Below, piece after piece: positions 47,512 to 57,625 of a stretch of DNA of 64,000 nt. Source of the stretch: Myxococcota bacterium (GTDB lineage Bacteria; Myxococcota_A; UBA796; UBA9615; JAKLKC01). The stretch covers positions 5,565 to 69,564 of the forward strand of contig JAKLKC010000012.1 in the NCBI GenBank assembly GCA_023150875.1. The letters run 5' to 3'. The stretch's first letter is position 1; each line of letters begins with the position of its first letter. The position numbers and the translations under genes were made by a program. The notes beneath the pieces were generated by a model that searched no databases, had not been told where the DNA came from, and worked only from the letters and a program-made list of their open reading frames with translations.

Positions 47512-50500
47512 CAGGAATCCTCGGCGGGCGGCGCCTTGGGCAGCGCCAGGTCGAGCTGGTGACTGCGCTCCTGACCGCGCCGGGGGCGCTCGGGAGCGGC
47601 TCGCGCCGGACGCCCCGGGGACCGGCGGGCCGGCGCGGGCGGCGGCGTGTGGGTGAGCTTCGCCAGGGCGTCCTTCACGGCGGGGGAGGTGCGCTCCCTC
47701 ACGAGGGACTCTACGACGTCGCCCTCGACCTCGCGGGGAGACCACCGACCGTCCTCGTCCGGGCACCAGAAGACGTCCTCCAGGCCGTGGGCGATGGCGA
47801 GGCTGCGGTCCAGGGCGCACTTCGGGACCACGCGCTCGGGCCACAGGCGCATGGCCAGGTGGGACCAGTCGTACTCGGCCTCGCAAAGGCGGGCGAAGGC
47901 GCCCTCGCACTCCTTCTGCCAGCTCCGGGTGTGGGCGAAGAGGCGGTGCAGCGGCGCGGCGTTGAGGATCACGCCGTCGTCGAGGTCCGGGTCCCACAGG
48001 GGGGCCACCCGGGCGACCTCGTCCCGGAAGGCGCGAAGCTCGTCCACGAAGGCCTCCTGCTCGGCCAGGGCGCGCCGCTGGGAGGGCGTGGGCGTGCCGC
48101 CGACCTCGGCGCGGAGGTGGGCGAGGCGCCCCTCCTCGAAGCGCAGCTTGGGCGCGACGTGGTCGTGGAGGACGCGGTGCAGGGTGTCCCGGGCGAAGCG
48201 GTGGATGTAGACCCACACGCTGTAGCTGCCCGAGGGGGTGCCCAGGCGCCAGTAGATGGGGGCCTTGCGGCGGCTCCGCGAGTAGCGCTGGACGTGCTCG
48301 GCGAAGAAGGCCCGCCTCAGCCAGGGGCGCAGGTCATCGGCGCCGGGGTCGAGGAGGGCGGTCGCCTCCCTGAGGCGCTCGTCGCCGTCGTCGCCGAAGA
48401 CCACGTCGAAGACCCGCCGGATGCACCCGAGCAGGTCGCGCTCGTGGCCGGGGTCGTCGACGAGGATCCCGTCGGTGGGGAAGGCGATGGGGTAGCCGGC
48501 GGGCGGTGCGTCCGCGGGCAGGCCGTCCTCGCCGGTCAGCATGCCCGGGGAGCAGGGGGGGAGGGGATCGAAGGGGTCGGGCTCGGGCGGTAGCGGGCGC
48601 TCGCCGGTGGCGAGGCGGATGTCGAAGCGGCCGTATGCCGTGCCCACGAGCGCGCTGACTACGGGCATCACCACCTCAGCAGCACCGAACTCGGGGGACC
48701 ACGCCGTGCTGAGTTTGCGCACATCGTCGGACGCGGTCACCCCGAACAGTTGTGCGATTTCGTCATCAATGACAGCTAACGCTTCATTGAATTTGTGGAG
48801 CTCCACCTTCCTCCGGCAATGCTCATCCGCAACAAGGCCGCGACCGACTCCAGTTCCGTAGATATGCGCAGGCATTCCACCAAACGTAGGATCCAATTCA
48901 TCCAAGCCGCGAAGAGCCCTAGCCGCGCTAATCGCTATCATACTGGCATGTTCAACGCGCTTCTTGACCTCCTCTTGTGGCCACCGCCAATTCAGCGACT
49001 TCACCAGCCCGGTCGGGAATGCGGAAGCTGTGGACCGGCTCATTACGGCCTTTCGCGTAACGGCGGCGTTCAACCATCCGACGAGATATGCATTGCTAAC
49101 GGACTCTGTGATGGAAATAACGGCGGGGCCGACAATCGACATGATGACACCCCGGGGTAGGTTCCGAACTGCAAATCCGAGCGTCGACCGGTACGAGTAC
49201 GTTGCCCCGCCCCTGTACCACCACGAAGATCCCGTTCGGCACTGCGCCGTCTGTCCATTGATGGCCATGTTCACAGCATCTAGCTCCGCTCCGTCCTGCC
49301 TTCGGTTCAGGACCAGATGGACGTCGCCGTAGAATGGCTGGAATTCGCCCCCTTTGGCATACCGTGCCCAGCACTTGGGTGATAGATCTCTGGCATTGAC
49401 TTCAGTCCAGATGCGGAGGAACCGCTCGTCGTCATGAGTCAGCGGCCCTTGACGAGCTGTTCCTGCTGCGGGTTCGAACGACTCGCTTTGTTCCCCGATC
49501 TGCGTGGATGCCAGTGCTCCACCTGTCAATACTTGATGTGCTACGCTCATGACTATTTGCCGCCGCGCCCGCCACGCTGGATCACGAGGACGACCGGCAG
49601 AAGCAGCGAGGAGGGCTTCCGCGCTTTGCCCCGGTTCGCCCGAGACCACGAATACCGAGTCTTCTGCACTTCCGGGGGCGCCGGCCAGTACAAAGTAACA
49701 GGCCCGGACTACAGCATCGTCCATGAGCCCCATTCCAGCATCGACCAGTATTGCGAAGCGATCGTTGAACTTGTGCCTCCTCCAGCGACCAAGTCTCTTG
49801 GTTGTCAGCACGCTATTGGGAGCCACAACACCGATCGGTCCATTCGTCAGTTCGGCTGCACGGTCGACAAGAGCCGCAGATGCCTCGACGTACGAGAGGG
49901 AGCGATTTCGCCTTAGAAGCAGGAATGGAGAATCGGGGAGCCTCCCAAACGGCGGATTCATCAACACCACGTCGTACCGCCCCCGGCACACGTCGATGAA
50001 CGCGAACCCCCGCGCCGCGTCCTCGGCGAACAGCCTCCTCCGGTACGCGTTCCCGGTCGTCGCCCCCTCGGCGTACTCCCTCAGCGCCTCGTAGACCTTG
50101 CCCTCGACCTCCTCCCACCGCTCCCGGTCCAGCCGCGCGTACATCGGCCCCCGGCTGAACCGCTTCTCCAGCTCCTGGCGCACCGTGTCCTCGATGCGCA
50201 GCAGGGTCCCGGCCTCGCCCGCGAGCCTCATCTCTTCGAACACCCGCCGCACCAGGGCGGCGACGTCGGGGTCCAGGCCCCAGCAGAACTCGTCCAGCAG
50301 GTCCGCCTCCCCCGGCATGGGCTCGGCGATCACCACGTTCGTCCGGGTCACGAGCGGTCGCTTCGCGCGGTCCAGGCCCAGGTCCTTCCACGCCCTCTGG
50401 GCCCGCATCCACAGCGCCAGTGCCGCGATCTGGGCGGCCCGGGGGTCGATGTCCACCCCGTACAGGTTGTGCCTCAGGACCAGCCCCGGCAGCTCCCGCC

Positions 50501-51617
50501 GCAGCGCCTCCCGCGTCGCGTAGTCCTCGCGCAGGCTCCTCCCGGTGGCCTCCGACGCCGGGGAGCCCTCGTCCTCCCACGCCTCCTCGTAGATCACCAG
50601 GAGCAGGTCGAAGGCGTAGAGCAGGAAGTGACCCGACCCGCAGGCCGGGTCCAGGATCTTCAGGTCCCGCGGGTCCTTCTTCGCCCGGAAGGGCAGGTGG
50701 ACCGGCCGCTGCTCGGGCGGGACCGTCTCGTCGGGCTCGGGCGCGGCCTCGCCCTCCGCCAGGAACACGGTGCCCGGCCGGCGCACGAGGTAGCGGCAGA
50801 GCTCCGCGAGCCGCGTCCCGCCCCGGCGCATCTCCAGCCAGGTCTGGCCGAGGGTGTTGTCGGTCAGGAACTCCACGACGTAGCGCGGGGTGAAGAACTG
50901 GTTGCGGACCGCGAGCTCCCGGCTGTCGCGGGGGGCCTGGGACTCGGCCCGCATCCGCCGCCGCTCGTCCTCGCCGTTGAAGTACTGGTAGACCCAGCCG
51001 ATGGTCTCGTCCTCGCCCCACACCTGGGCCAGCTCGGGGTCGTTCAGGACCCCCAGCAGATCCTCCAGCGCGTTGCGCCGGGGCCAGAGCAGGCTCGCGG
51101 GGTCGCGGCGGTCGAAGAGGACCCGCACCTCGCGGCCCACCTCGTCGAAGAGGCACTCCAGGTAGAGGCGGTAGGCCTCGTGGGGCCGCACCTTCAGCCC
51201 CTCGGCCAGGCCCTGGAACTCGCGGAAGCCCGACGATGCCAGGGCCCCCCTCACGCTCTCCCTCACGATCCCCCGCGCCTCCAGCATCTTCAGGGCGACG
51301 AAGCGGTTGAGGGTGGTGAAGGCGCACTCCCGGGTGAGCGCCGCCACCGCCTCGGGCGCGGTCCGGCCCTGGGCGCGGTGGTGGGCGACGGCGTCCACCA
51401 GCCTCCGCCGCACCCGGCGGGCCGCGGGGTCCTCATCGAGATGGCGCCCCGCCTCCTCCGCCACCGTGCCGTCCGGGCGGATGTCGAAGGTGCCCTCGAG
51501 CTGGGCGGCGATCTCCCCCTCGAGCAGGCGGCGGGCGGCCTGGGTGGCGCGCTGGATGCGGTTGCGGGTGTCCTTGTCCATGCCTCGGGGCCGTGGGCGC
51601 GGGGCGGCGGGGATCAT
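47511..51617 (-). CDS. pglX: BREX N6-adenine methyltransferase PglX
   Basis: 1368 aa; 'VVLMNPPFG' motif IV at ~49948-49962, 'DPACGSGHFL' motif I; position between brxC and pglZ. Confidence 0.85.
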   Translation of the reverse strand: MIPAAPRPRPRGMDKDTRNRIQRATQAARRLLEGEIAAQLEGTFDIRPDGTVAEEAGRHLDEDPAARRVRRRLVDAVAHHRAQGRTAPEAVAALTRECAFTTLNRFVALKMLEARGIVRESVRGALASSGFREFQGLAEGLKVRPHEAYRLYLECLFDEVGREVRVLFDRRDPASLLWPRRNALEDLLGVLNDPELAQVWGEDETIGWVYQYFNGEDERRRMRAESQAPRDSRELAVRNQFFTPRYVVEFLTDNTLGQTWLEMRRGGTRLAELCRYLVRRPGTVFLAEGEAAPEPDETVPPEQRPVHLPFRAKKDPRDLKILDPACGSGHFLLYAFDLLLVIYEEAWEDEGSPASEATGRSLREDYATREALRRELPGLVLRHNLYGVDIDPRAAQIAALALWMRAQRAWKDLGLDRAKRPLVTRTNVVIAEPMPGEADLLDEFCWGLDPDVAALVRRVFEEMRLAGEAGTLLRIEDTVRQELEKRFSRGPMYARLDRERWEEVEGKVYEALREYAEGATTGNAYRRRLFAEDAARGFAFIDVCRGRYDVVLMNPPFGRLPDSPFLLLRRNRSLSYVEASAALVDRAAELTNGPIGVVAPNSVLTTKRLGRWRRHKFNDRFAILVDAGMGLMDDAVVRACYFVLAGAPGSAEDSVFVVSGEPGQSAEALLAASAGRPRDPAWRARRQIVMSVAHQVLTGGALASTQIGEQSESFEPAAGTARQGPLTHDDERFLRIWTEVNARDLSPKCWARYAKGGEFQPFYGDVHLVLNRRQDGAELDAVNMAINGQTAQCRTGSSWWYRGGATYSYRSTLGFAVRNLPRGVIMSIVGPAVISITESVSNAYLVGWLNAAVTRKAVMSRSTASAFPTGLVKSLNWRWPQEEVKKRVEHASMIAISAARALRGLDELDPTFGGMPAHIYGTGVGRGLVADEHCRRKVELHKFNEALAVIDDEIAQLFGVTASDDVRKLSTAWSPEFGAAEVVMPVVSALVGTAYGRFDIRLATGERPLPPEPDPFDPLPPCSPGMLTGEDGLPADAPPAGYPIAFPTDGILVDDPGHERDLLGCIRRVFDVVFGDDGDERLREATALLDPGADDLRPWLRRAFFAEHVQRYSRSRRKAPIYWRLGTPSGSYSVWVYIHRFARDTLHRVLHDHVAPKLRFEEGRLAHLRAEVGGTPTPSQRRALAEQEAFVDELRAFRDEVARVAPLWDPDLDDGVILNAAPLHRLFAHTRSWQKECEGAFARLCEAEYDWSHLAMRLWPERVVPKCALDRSLAIAHGLEDVFWCPDEDGRWSPREVEGDVVESLVRERTSPAVKDALAKLTHTPPPAPARRSPGRPARAAPERPRRGQERSHQLDLALPKAPPAEDS

Positions 51618-51663
51618 ACCAGCCGTCCCCGACGTTGGCGCGGGCGGGGGCGCGCCGCCGACG

Positions 51664-54600
51664 CTACTGCACCCAAACCTTCTTGCCCTCCCCGATCAGC
51701 CGCTCGCACTCGTCCCGCAGGGCCTGGATCGCCGCGTCGAGCTGCTCGGGGGTCTCGACGCCCCCCGGGAAGAACGACGACACCCGCACCCGCACCACGC
51801 GGTTGCCGTCGATCATGCGGAGCATCTCCTCCGTCGCCGCCTGGAGCCGCGCCGGGCACGCCTCGGTCTCGGCGCGCACCTGGGGGATGGGGGTGGGGGG
51901 CGGCAGGGCGGTGGTGGCGGGGCCCGCGAGGGGGGCCTCCACCCGGGCCTGCTGGGCAGCGTCGAGCTGGGACCACTCCGGCGCCCCGCGCAGGCGCTCC
52001 ACGGCGGCGGCGTAGGCGGCGCGCCGGGCCTCGACGGCGGCGTCGAAGCGGGCCCGCCAGGCGGCGCCGACCTCCCGGGCGTGCTCGTCGATCCGCGGCA
52101 GCTCCCGGAAGAAGGTCTCGCGCCGCAGCAGGTCGTCCAGCTCCTCGGCCCGCGCCGCCAGGCCTTCGGGGAGGTCCGGCTCCTCCTTCAGGAACGGCCA
52201 CTGGCGGCGCACCGCGTCCCGGGCACGGGCGAGGTCCAGGAGGCGCGGCTCGGTCAGGGCGTCGTCCAGCTCGGCGGCGCGCTTGATGCCCGCCTTGATC
52301 TCCCCGCAGCTCGCGTTGAACGTGGTGATGGCGTTGTCGTCGCCGCCCGTGCGGATCACGCGGACCTGCTCCAGGGCGCGGGCCAGCACCTCGGCCCCCG
52401 GCAGGTCGTCGCGGACCAGGCGGTTGTGGACGTCCTGAAGGGCCTGCTCGTGGCGATGGACCTCGTCCTTGATGGCGCGGGCGACGACTCCCGGCTCCAG
52501 CTCGGCGATCTCCTTGCCGAACACGTCGCGGAAGTGCCCGTCCGCCTTGACCAGCTCCCCGTAGTCGACGCTGACCTTCGGCCGGAACGTCGCCTGCCGG
52601 AAGAGGTTGTTGTTGGTGAACGTCGTCCGCGCGTCGAGGGAGAGGGCGTTGTCGATCACCTGCCCCCGGGAGACCGCCTCCACCTTCCCGGCGCGCAGAA
52701 GGCTCGCCACCAGCAGGCGCACCACGTCGAAGTCCCAGCCGAAGGGCTCCTTGCCCAGCTCGTCGGCCAGCGCCCGGCCGCTCACCAGCTCGCCATAGGC
52801 CGCCTTGTGGGCGATCCGGTTCATCACCTCGGAGAGGGGACCGCCCTCGGTGCGGAACGCGGGCTTGCCCCTCGTCTCCTGGACGAGCTGGAGCTGGGAG
52901 AAGACCGGCGGGAGGCCCCGGAGGTTCTCGGTGGTCAGCAGGGCCTCCAGGTCCTTCGCGGACACCTTCGCGGCGCCGTCCGAGAAGCGGTCGAAGACCT
53001 CGGGGAGCACCCTCGCGAGCACGCCCGCGCAGGCGCGGCCCACGTCGGCGGCGCCGGCCTCGGGGTTGCGCTCGTTGCCGCGGAAGTAGACGGTGCCGGA
53101 GAGCAGGGCTTCCCGCAGGCGCCGCCTCAAGTCGTCCTGGTGGCGCTGGCGGCGGCGCTTCTCCTCGGCCACGAGGGCGGTCTCGTCCCGGGTGGTGGCG
53201 TTGCGCTCGCGTCGGGCCAGGATCTCCTGGCTGCGGAAGACCTCCTCGGTCACGCGGTCCACGGCGTCGTCCAGGCGGGCGATCCAGAAGACGGCGGTGC
53301 GCTCCTCGCGGCTGCGCTGCCGCCACTCCTCGCGCAGGCGGCCCCACTCGGCCTCGTCCGGCGCCAGGGAGACGTGGACCGGAACGTCGCCGGGGGTGAC
53401 GAGGCGGTTGTTCAGGAAGAGCCCGGCCCGGAAGGGCTTGACGTCACGCAGGAGGTGGGACGGCTGGGGCGTCCACAGCCCGTCCACCACCTCGGCGTGG
53501 ATCCGGGCGGCGTCGGCGGGCCGGAGGGAGAGCTTGCCCCGCTGGCCCTCCCAGTCGTCCTCGGCGGGCGTGGGGATCCGGTAGCCGTCCTCGCCCAGGC
53601 GGATGCGGCCCGCGGCGACGAGGGCGTCCAGGGCCGCCTTGACCTCGGGGAGCTGGGAGTCGGCGGTGACGCTCGGGTGGAGGGTGGCGGCGACGTTCTC
53701 GGCGGTGCGGGGGATCCGCTGCTCGTACTGGAGCAGGCAAACCGCCTTGGCGACGGCCTGGGCGCGGGGGTGCGGCACCTCGCGGCCGATGTCGTCGATC
53801 TTCCGGCGCACGTCGCTCGAGACGTTGCCCGAGACGAGGTCGTACACGCGATCGAGGGTGACGAGGGTCCCCTCGGGCTTCGAGGCGAGGTCCACCTCGG
53901 GGTGGATGAGGAGCTGCTGGGCGAGCTTGATGATGGTGCGGGCGGCGCCGCCGACGTGTTTGCTGGCGCCGCCCTGGGTGCGCAGGCCCGAGACGACGTT
54001 GATCACGAGGTCGATCTGGTAGGGGAGGAGGGGGTAGAGGTCGATGAAGCCCTGGTCGGTCAACTCGGGCAGGGCGACGTTGGGGGCGTGGACGCGGGTG
54101 TGGTCCACGAGGCGGCCCCGGTGCTCCCGGTGGAGGGCGCGCAGGCGGGCCTGGGCGTCGGCGTGCTTCTCGAGGACGCGGCGGCTGGTGACCTCGGAGA
54201 TGTCCGAGGGCTCCAGGTGCACCTGGAGGGGGAAGCGGTCCTTCACCTTCGGCAGCTCGATGCGCGTCTGGTCGAGGCCGCCGACCAGCTCCGAGAGGGC
54301 CTCCTGGGAGGTGACCATGACCCAGATCCGCCCGCCGCCCCGCTGGCCCAGGCGCTCGACCACGGCGCGGAGGTCCTCGAGCTTACCGCCGTCCTTGGCG
54401 ACGAACTGGCCGACCTCGTCGATGACGAAGAGCAGGTTGCGCTTTTCGGGCCGGCGCCTCGACAGCAGCTCCAGGCAGCGGTCCGCCAGCAGGGCCGGGG
54501 TGACGTCGCCCCGGCCCTTCGCCCCCTTCACCCAGGAGTCGGGGGCGTTGTAGGTGCGGGGCTCCAGGGCGTGCATGACCGCCGAGGCCCGGCCGATGGC

Positions 54601-55218
54601 GAGGGCGGGCAGGCCCTTGTCGTGGTCCCAGGCCCGGCGGTCGTGGAGCTCGGCGTACTTCGCGACGAAGGCGCCGAGGCGGCCCTCGGCCTCCAGCGTG
54701 ATCTCCAGCTCGGCCAGGTCCAGCTCCCGGGCGTAACCGAGCCGCTGGAGGAAGAGGCGGTACATGATCTCGGTGATCGACTGGTTTCCGGCGCGGATCC
54801 CCCGGTCGGTCGAGACGTCGAAGATCACCGCCTCGGTGGGGACCATCTCGTTCACCTGGCGGAGCAGGACCTCGGCCTTGTTGTCCTTGGGGACGCTGAG
54901 CCGCCGGGCGAGGAGGTCGCCCGCGCGCGCGCCGCCGCCCAGGTCGCGGTCCTCGATGGCGAGGCCTAGCATCTTGGCGAAGCTGGACTTGCCCGAGCCG
55001 AAGAAGCCCGAGATCCACACCGCGGTGCCGTCGTGGGGCTTGCGGAACGCCTCCAGGTAGGCCTCGAGGATGGCGATCTGCTGCCTCCGGATGGAGTCGG
55101 TGACGACGTACTCCGACAGCTCGTGGCGGATCCGCGCCAGGTCGTCGTCGTCGACCTTCACGACCTCCTCGATCCGGCGGTCGACGTCGCGGGCAAAGAG
55201 CTCGGCGATGCGTTCCAT
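51664..55218 (-). CDS. brxC: BREX ATPase BrxC
   Basis: 1184 aa; P-loop 'GFFGSGKSSFAK', 'LLFVIDEVGQF' Walker B; N-terminus 'MERIAELFARDVDRRIEEVVKV' typical. Confidence 0.9.
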   Translation of the reverse strand: MERIAELFARDVDRRIEEVVKVDDDDLARIRHELSEYVVTDSIRRQQIAILEAYLEAFRKPHDGTAVWISGFFGSGKSSFAKMLGLAIEDRDLGGGARAGDLLARRLSVPKDNKAEVLLRQVNEMVPTEAVIFDVSTDRGIRAGNQSITEIMYRLFLQRLGYARELDLAELEITLEAEGRLGAFVAKYAELHDRRAWDHDKGLPALAIGRASAVMHALEPRTYNAPDSWVKGAKGRGDVTPALLADRCLELLSRRRPEKRNLLFVIDEVGQFVAKDGGKLEDLRAVVERLGQRGGGRIWVMVTSQEALSELVGGLDQTRIELPKVKDRFPLQVHLEPSDISEVTSRRVLEKHADAQARLRALHREHRGRLVDHTRVHAPNVALPELTDQGFIDLYPLLPYQIDLVINVVSGLRTQGGASKHVGGAARTIIKLAQQLLIHPEVDLASKPEGTLVTLDRVYDLVSGNVSSDVRRKIDDIGREVPHPRAQAVAKAVCLLQYEQRIPRTAENVAATLHPSVTADSQLPEVKAALDALVAAGRIRLGEDGYRIPTPAEDDWEGQRGKLSLRPADAARIHAEVVDGLWTPQPSHLLRDVKPFRAGLFLNNRLVTPGDVPVHVSLAPDEAEWGRLREEWRQRSREERTAVFWIARLDDAVDRVTEEVFRSQEILARRERNATTRDETALVAEEKRRRQRHQDDLRRRLREALLSGTVYFRGNERNPEAGAADVGRACAGVLARVLPEVFDRFSDGAAKVSAKDLEALLTTENLRGLPPVFSQLQLVQETRGKPAFRTEGGPLSEVMNRIAHKAAYGELVSGRALADELGKEPFGWDFDVVRLLVASLLRAGKVEAVSRGQVIDNALSLDARTTFTNNNLFRQATFRPKVSVDYGELVKADGHFRDVFGKEIAELEPGVVARAIKDEVHRHEQALQDVHNRLVRDDLPGAEVLARALEQVRVIRTGGDDNAITTFNASCGEIKAGIKRAAELDDALTEPRLLDLARARDAVRRQWPFLKEEPDLPEGLAARAEELDDLLRRETFFRELPRIDEHAREVGAAWRARFDAAVEARRAAYAAAVERLRGAPEWSQLDAAQQARVEAPLAGPATTALPPPTPIPQVRAETEACPARLQAATEEMLRMIDGNRVVRVRVSSFFPGGVETPEQLDAAIQALRDECERLIGEGKKVWVQ

Positions 55219-55229
55219 GGCGGGTCTCC

Positions 55230-55817
55230 TCAGAAGATGCGGGGCCGGTAGTTGTGCTCGGCGTCGATCGCGCCCATGAAGCGCAGGCCGGCGGGGCCGT
55301 CGGTCTCGCCGGGGTAGAAGAGCACCGTGGGAACGGCCACCTGGCCCACGAGCTGCTCCAGAAGGGCCGAGGTGCGGTAGAGGGGGTACAGGGCGCCGGC
55401 GCGGACGAGGAGGACGACGTCCCGGAGGGGATCAGCGTCCTTCGGGACCCGGGCGGCGACGAGGCGGTCGAGGCGCTGGTACTCGGCCAGGACCGAGAAG
55501 GCGGTCTCGATCGCCAGGGGGAGGCCGGCCTCGCGCTCCGCCGCGGCGAGGGCGCCGCCCCCCAGCCCCTCGGCAGCGAGGGCGGCGGCGAGGCACTCGG
55601 CGAGGGAGATCCGGGTGACGCGCTTGCCCTTCTGGCCGAGGCGGGTGGCGAGGAGGGTGACCTCCTTGCGGAGCTCGAGCTCGTCCTCGGGCGGGTAGAC
55701 GAAGACCACGAAGGGCATGTCGTGGTAGGCGCTGATCCCCGGGCGGGGGTCCTCCTTGATCAGCGCGGGCTCGAGCCGCCCGGTCAGGCGGGCCTTCCAA
55801 GAGGGAGTGGGGGTCAA
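55230..55817 (-). CDS. brxB: BREX protein BrxB (DUF1788)
   Basis: 'VVFVYPPEDELELRKEV' BrxB N-terminal signature; inferred TTG start with RBS aggag, overlapping brxA stop (TTGA). Confidence 0.7.
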   Translation of the reverse strand: MTPTPSWKARLTGRLEPALIKEDPRPGISAYHDMPFVVFVYPPEDELELRKEVTLLATRLGQKGKRVTRISLAECLAAALAAEGLGGGALAAAEREAGLPLAIETAFSVLAEYQRLDRLVAARVPKDADPLRDVVLLVRAGALYPLYRTSALLEQLVGQVAVPTVLFYPGETDGPAGLRFMGAIDAEHNYRPRIF

Positions 55818-56602
55818 GGCGACAACTCCTCCCGCGCGAACTCCTCGGCGGACGCGCGGGGCAGGCGGAGCTCGGCGACGCTGCCGGCGACCTCGTAGCG
55901 GAGCCGGCCGAGCTGGTGGAGGCGGAACAGCTCCCGTTGCACGTCGTCGGGCCCCATGAGGTACATCCGCCAGTCCGGGGCGTGGACCAGGCGGTGGGGG
56001 TTGGGCTCCTCCCGGGCGGCGGCGTGGAGCAGGTAGAGGAAGGCGTCGTCGGGCAGGTGGTAGGGGACGAACTCCCGGGCGAGGGTCCCGGTCATCAGCC
56101 CGAAGTCCACGGCCATGCGGAGCAGGCCCGAGGCGACGCGGGAGGTGGTGGAGGGGGACCAGCGCTCCTTGATCTCCACGTCCTCGCGGTCGTGGAGGCC
56201 GTCGAGGTAGGGCGCGACGTCCTCGGTGCGGATCCGGAAGGCGCCGGCGGCGTGCTGGTCGTAGAGCCACCGCGACAGGAAGTCGCGCACCAGGAACTCG
56301 TCCCGGGTCATGTGCCACAGGAGCAGGGGGCGGAAAGTCTCGAGGGCGAGGCCGCGCCGGGCCAGCTCGACGAGGACTCGGTCGCGGCCCTCGGTGTCGA
56401 AGCGACGGTTGACGGTCTTGGCCAGGTCCCGCCACCAGTTCGCGCTGCCGGCGCCGACGGGGTCCGCGGACTTGAGGCGGTCGAGGTTCCACTTCCGGGG
56501 CCGGGAGAGGTCCCAGTGGCGGAAGAGGTCGTAGGTGGGCTCGACGAGGGCCCCCTTGATGACGGTGAACGACGAGACGACCCGGGCGCGCGCGCCGGCC
56601 AT
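55814..56602 (-). CDS. brxA: BREX protein BrxA (DUF1819)
   Basis: N-terminal 'VVSSFTVIKGALVEPTYDLF' matches BrxA 'YSSGF...' start; ATG overlaps upstream stop (TGATG). Confidence 0.7.
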   Translation of the reverse strand: MAGARARVVSSFTVIKGALVEPTYDLFRHWDLSRPRKWNLDRLKSADPVGAGSANWWRDLAKTVNRRFDTEGRDRVLVELARRGLALETFRPLLLWHMTRDEFLVRDFLSRWLYDQHAAGAFRIRTEDVAPYLDGLHDREDVEIKERWSPSTTSRVASGLLRMAVDFGLMTGTLAREFVPYHLPDDAFLYLLHAAAREEPNPHRLVHAPDWRMYLMGPDDVQRELFRLHQLGRLRYEVAGSVAELRLPRASAEEFAREELSP

Positions 56603-57156
56603 CACCCCTCCAGGCGGGCGTAGGGGATGGCGGGGGCCTCCCTCTCGCCCCGGAAGAAGCCGGCGGCGAGCAGGCCGAGGGTCTCGTCGTCGAGGGCGCA
56701 CACCCCGGGGAGGGGGACGGCGCGCCCGTCGACGGAGCGCTTGAGGTGGCGGGCCCGGGCCAGCTCGGCCTCGCCGAGGACCTCCAGGGAGCGCAGGCCG
56801 TGGAGCACGTCGCCCTGCAGCCCCGTCAGCGCGGCGAAGAAGGGCGCCCAGCGGTCGGGCTGGTCCATCCAGTCCTGGAGGTGGTCCTCGAAGACCTCCT
56901 CGACCTCGGGGGGGAGGCTGAACAGGGTGGCGCAGGCCGGGGGGTTCCAGAGCTCCCGCGTGCGGGCGCGGGCCACGGCGAGCGCGACCCGGGCCTGGGC
57001 GAACGGGGCGGTGCGAGGGAAGCTCCGCTCGTACAGGGTGCGTCCCAGCGGCCCGAGGACGCCCCGGGTGTTCCACCAGCCCAGCCGGTCCATCTCGCCG
57101 AGGCGCGCCACCACGAGGCGGAGCCGGAAGAGGCGGTCGAAGTCGATCGCGTGCAT
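56602..57156 (-). CDS. hypothetical protein (185 aa) translationally coupled upstream of brxA
   Basis: ATG at 57154-57156; stop overlaps brxA ATG; no recognised motifs. Confidence 0.5.
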   Translation of the reverse strand: MHAIDFDRLFRLRLVVARLGEMDRLGWWNTRGVLGPLGRTLYERSFPRTAPFAQARVALAVARARTRELWNPPACATLFSLPPEVEEVFEDHLQDWMDQPDRWAPFFAALTGLQGDVLHGLRSLEVLGEAELARARHLKRSVDGRAVPLPGVCALDDETLGLLAAGFFRGEREAPAIPYARLEG

Positions 57157-57625
57157 TCGAGACCCGCGGGGAGGGCGGTGGCGGCGGCCCCCGTCCCGGC
57201 GGGCGCACCCGGCGCGAGCGCGCCCGCCCGGGCGCATTCTCTCGCGTCGGCGACGGCGGGTGAAGGGGAGGGGAGCGTGGGGAGGGGCGATTGCCGGGAT
57301 CGATCCGGGATCCCCCACGGTCGGGGAAGGGGAGTCGAGGCGGTAGACCCGGCGTCCCCGAGGGTCGAGGAAGGGTGGTCTACCCCCTCGATCCGGCATG
57401 ACCCGAGGCAGCCGCAGTCAAGGCGTAGCCGGATCGCCCGCCACGGCAGAGCCAGCGCGTCGCGAGGAGCCGTGCGAGGTCGGGGTGATCCCCACCGCGG
57501 TCCCCGAGCCGCCGGACGATCATGCCAGGGCCGGCGAGGGCCAAGACGGCAGCATCCACGCATGTCATCCCTCGGTCGCGCATGTCAGGACGCGGATACC
57601 GGCTTCCGCTGGCCGCGGAAGGCCC

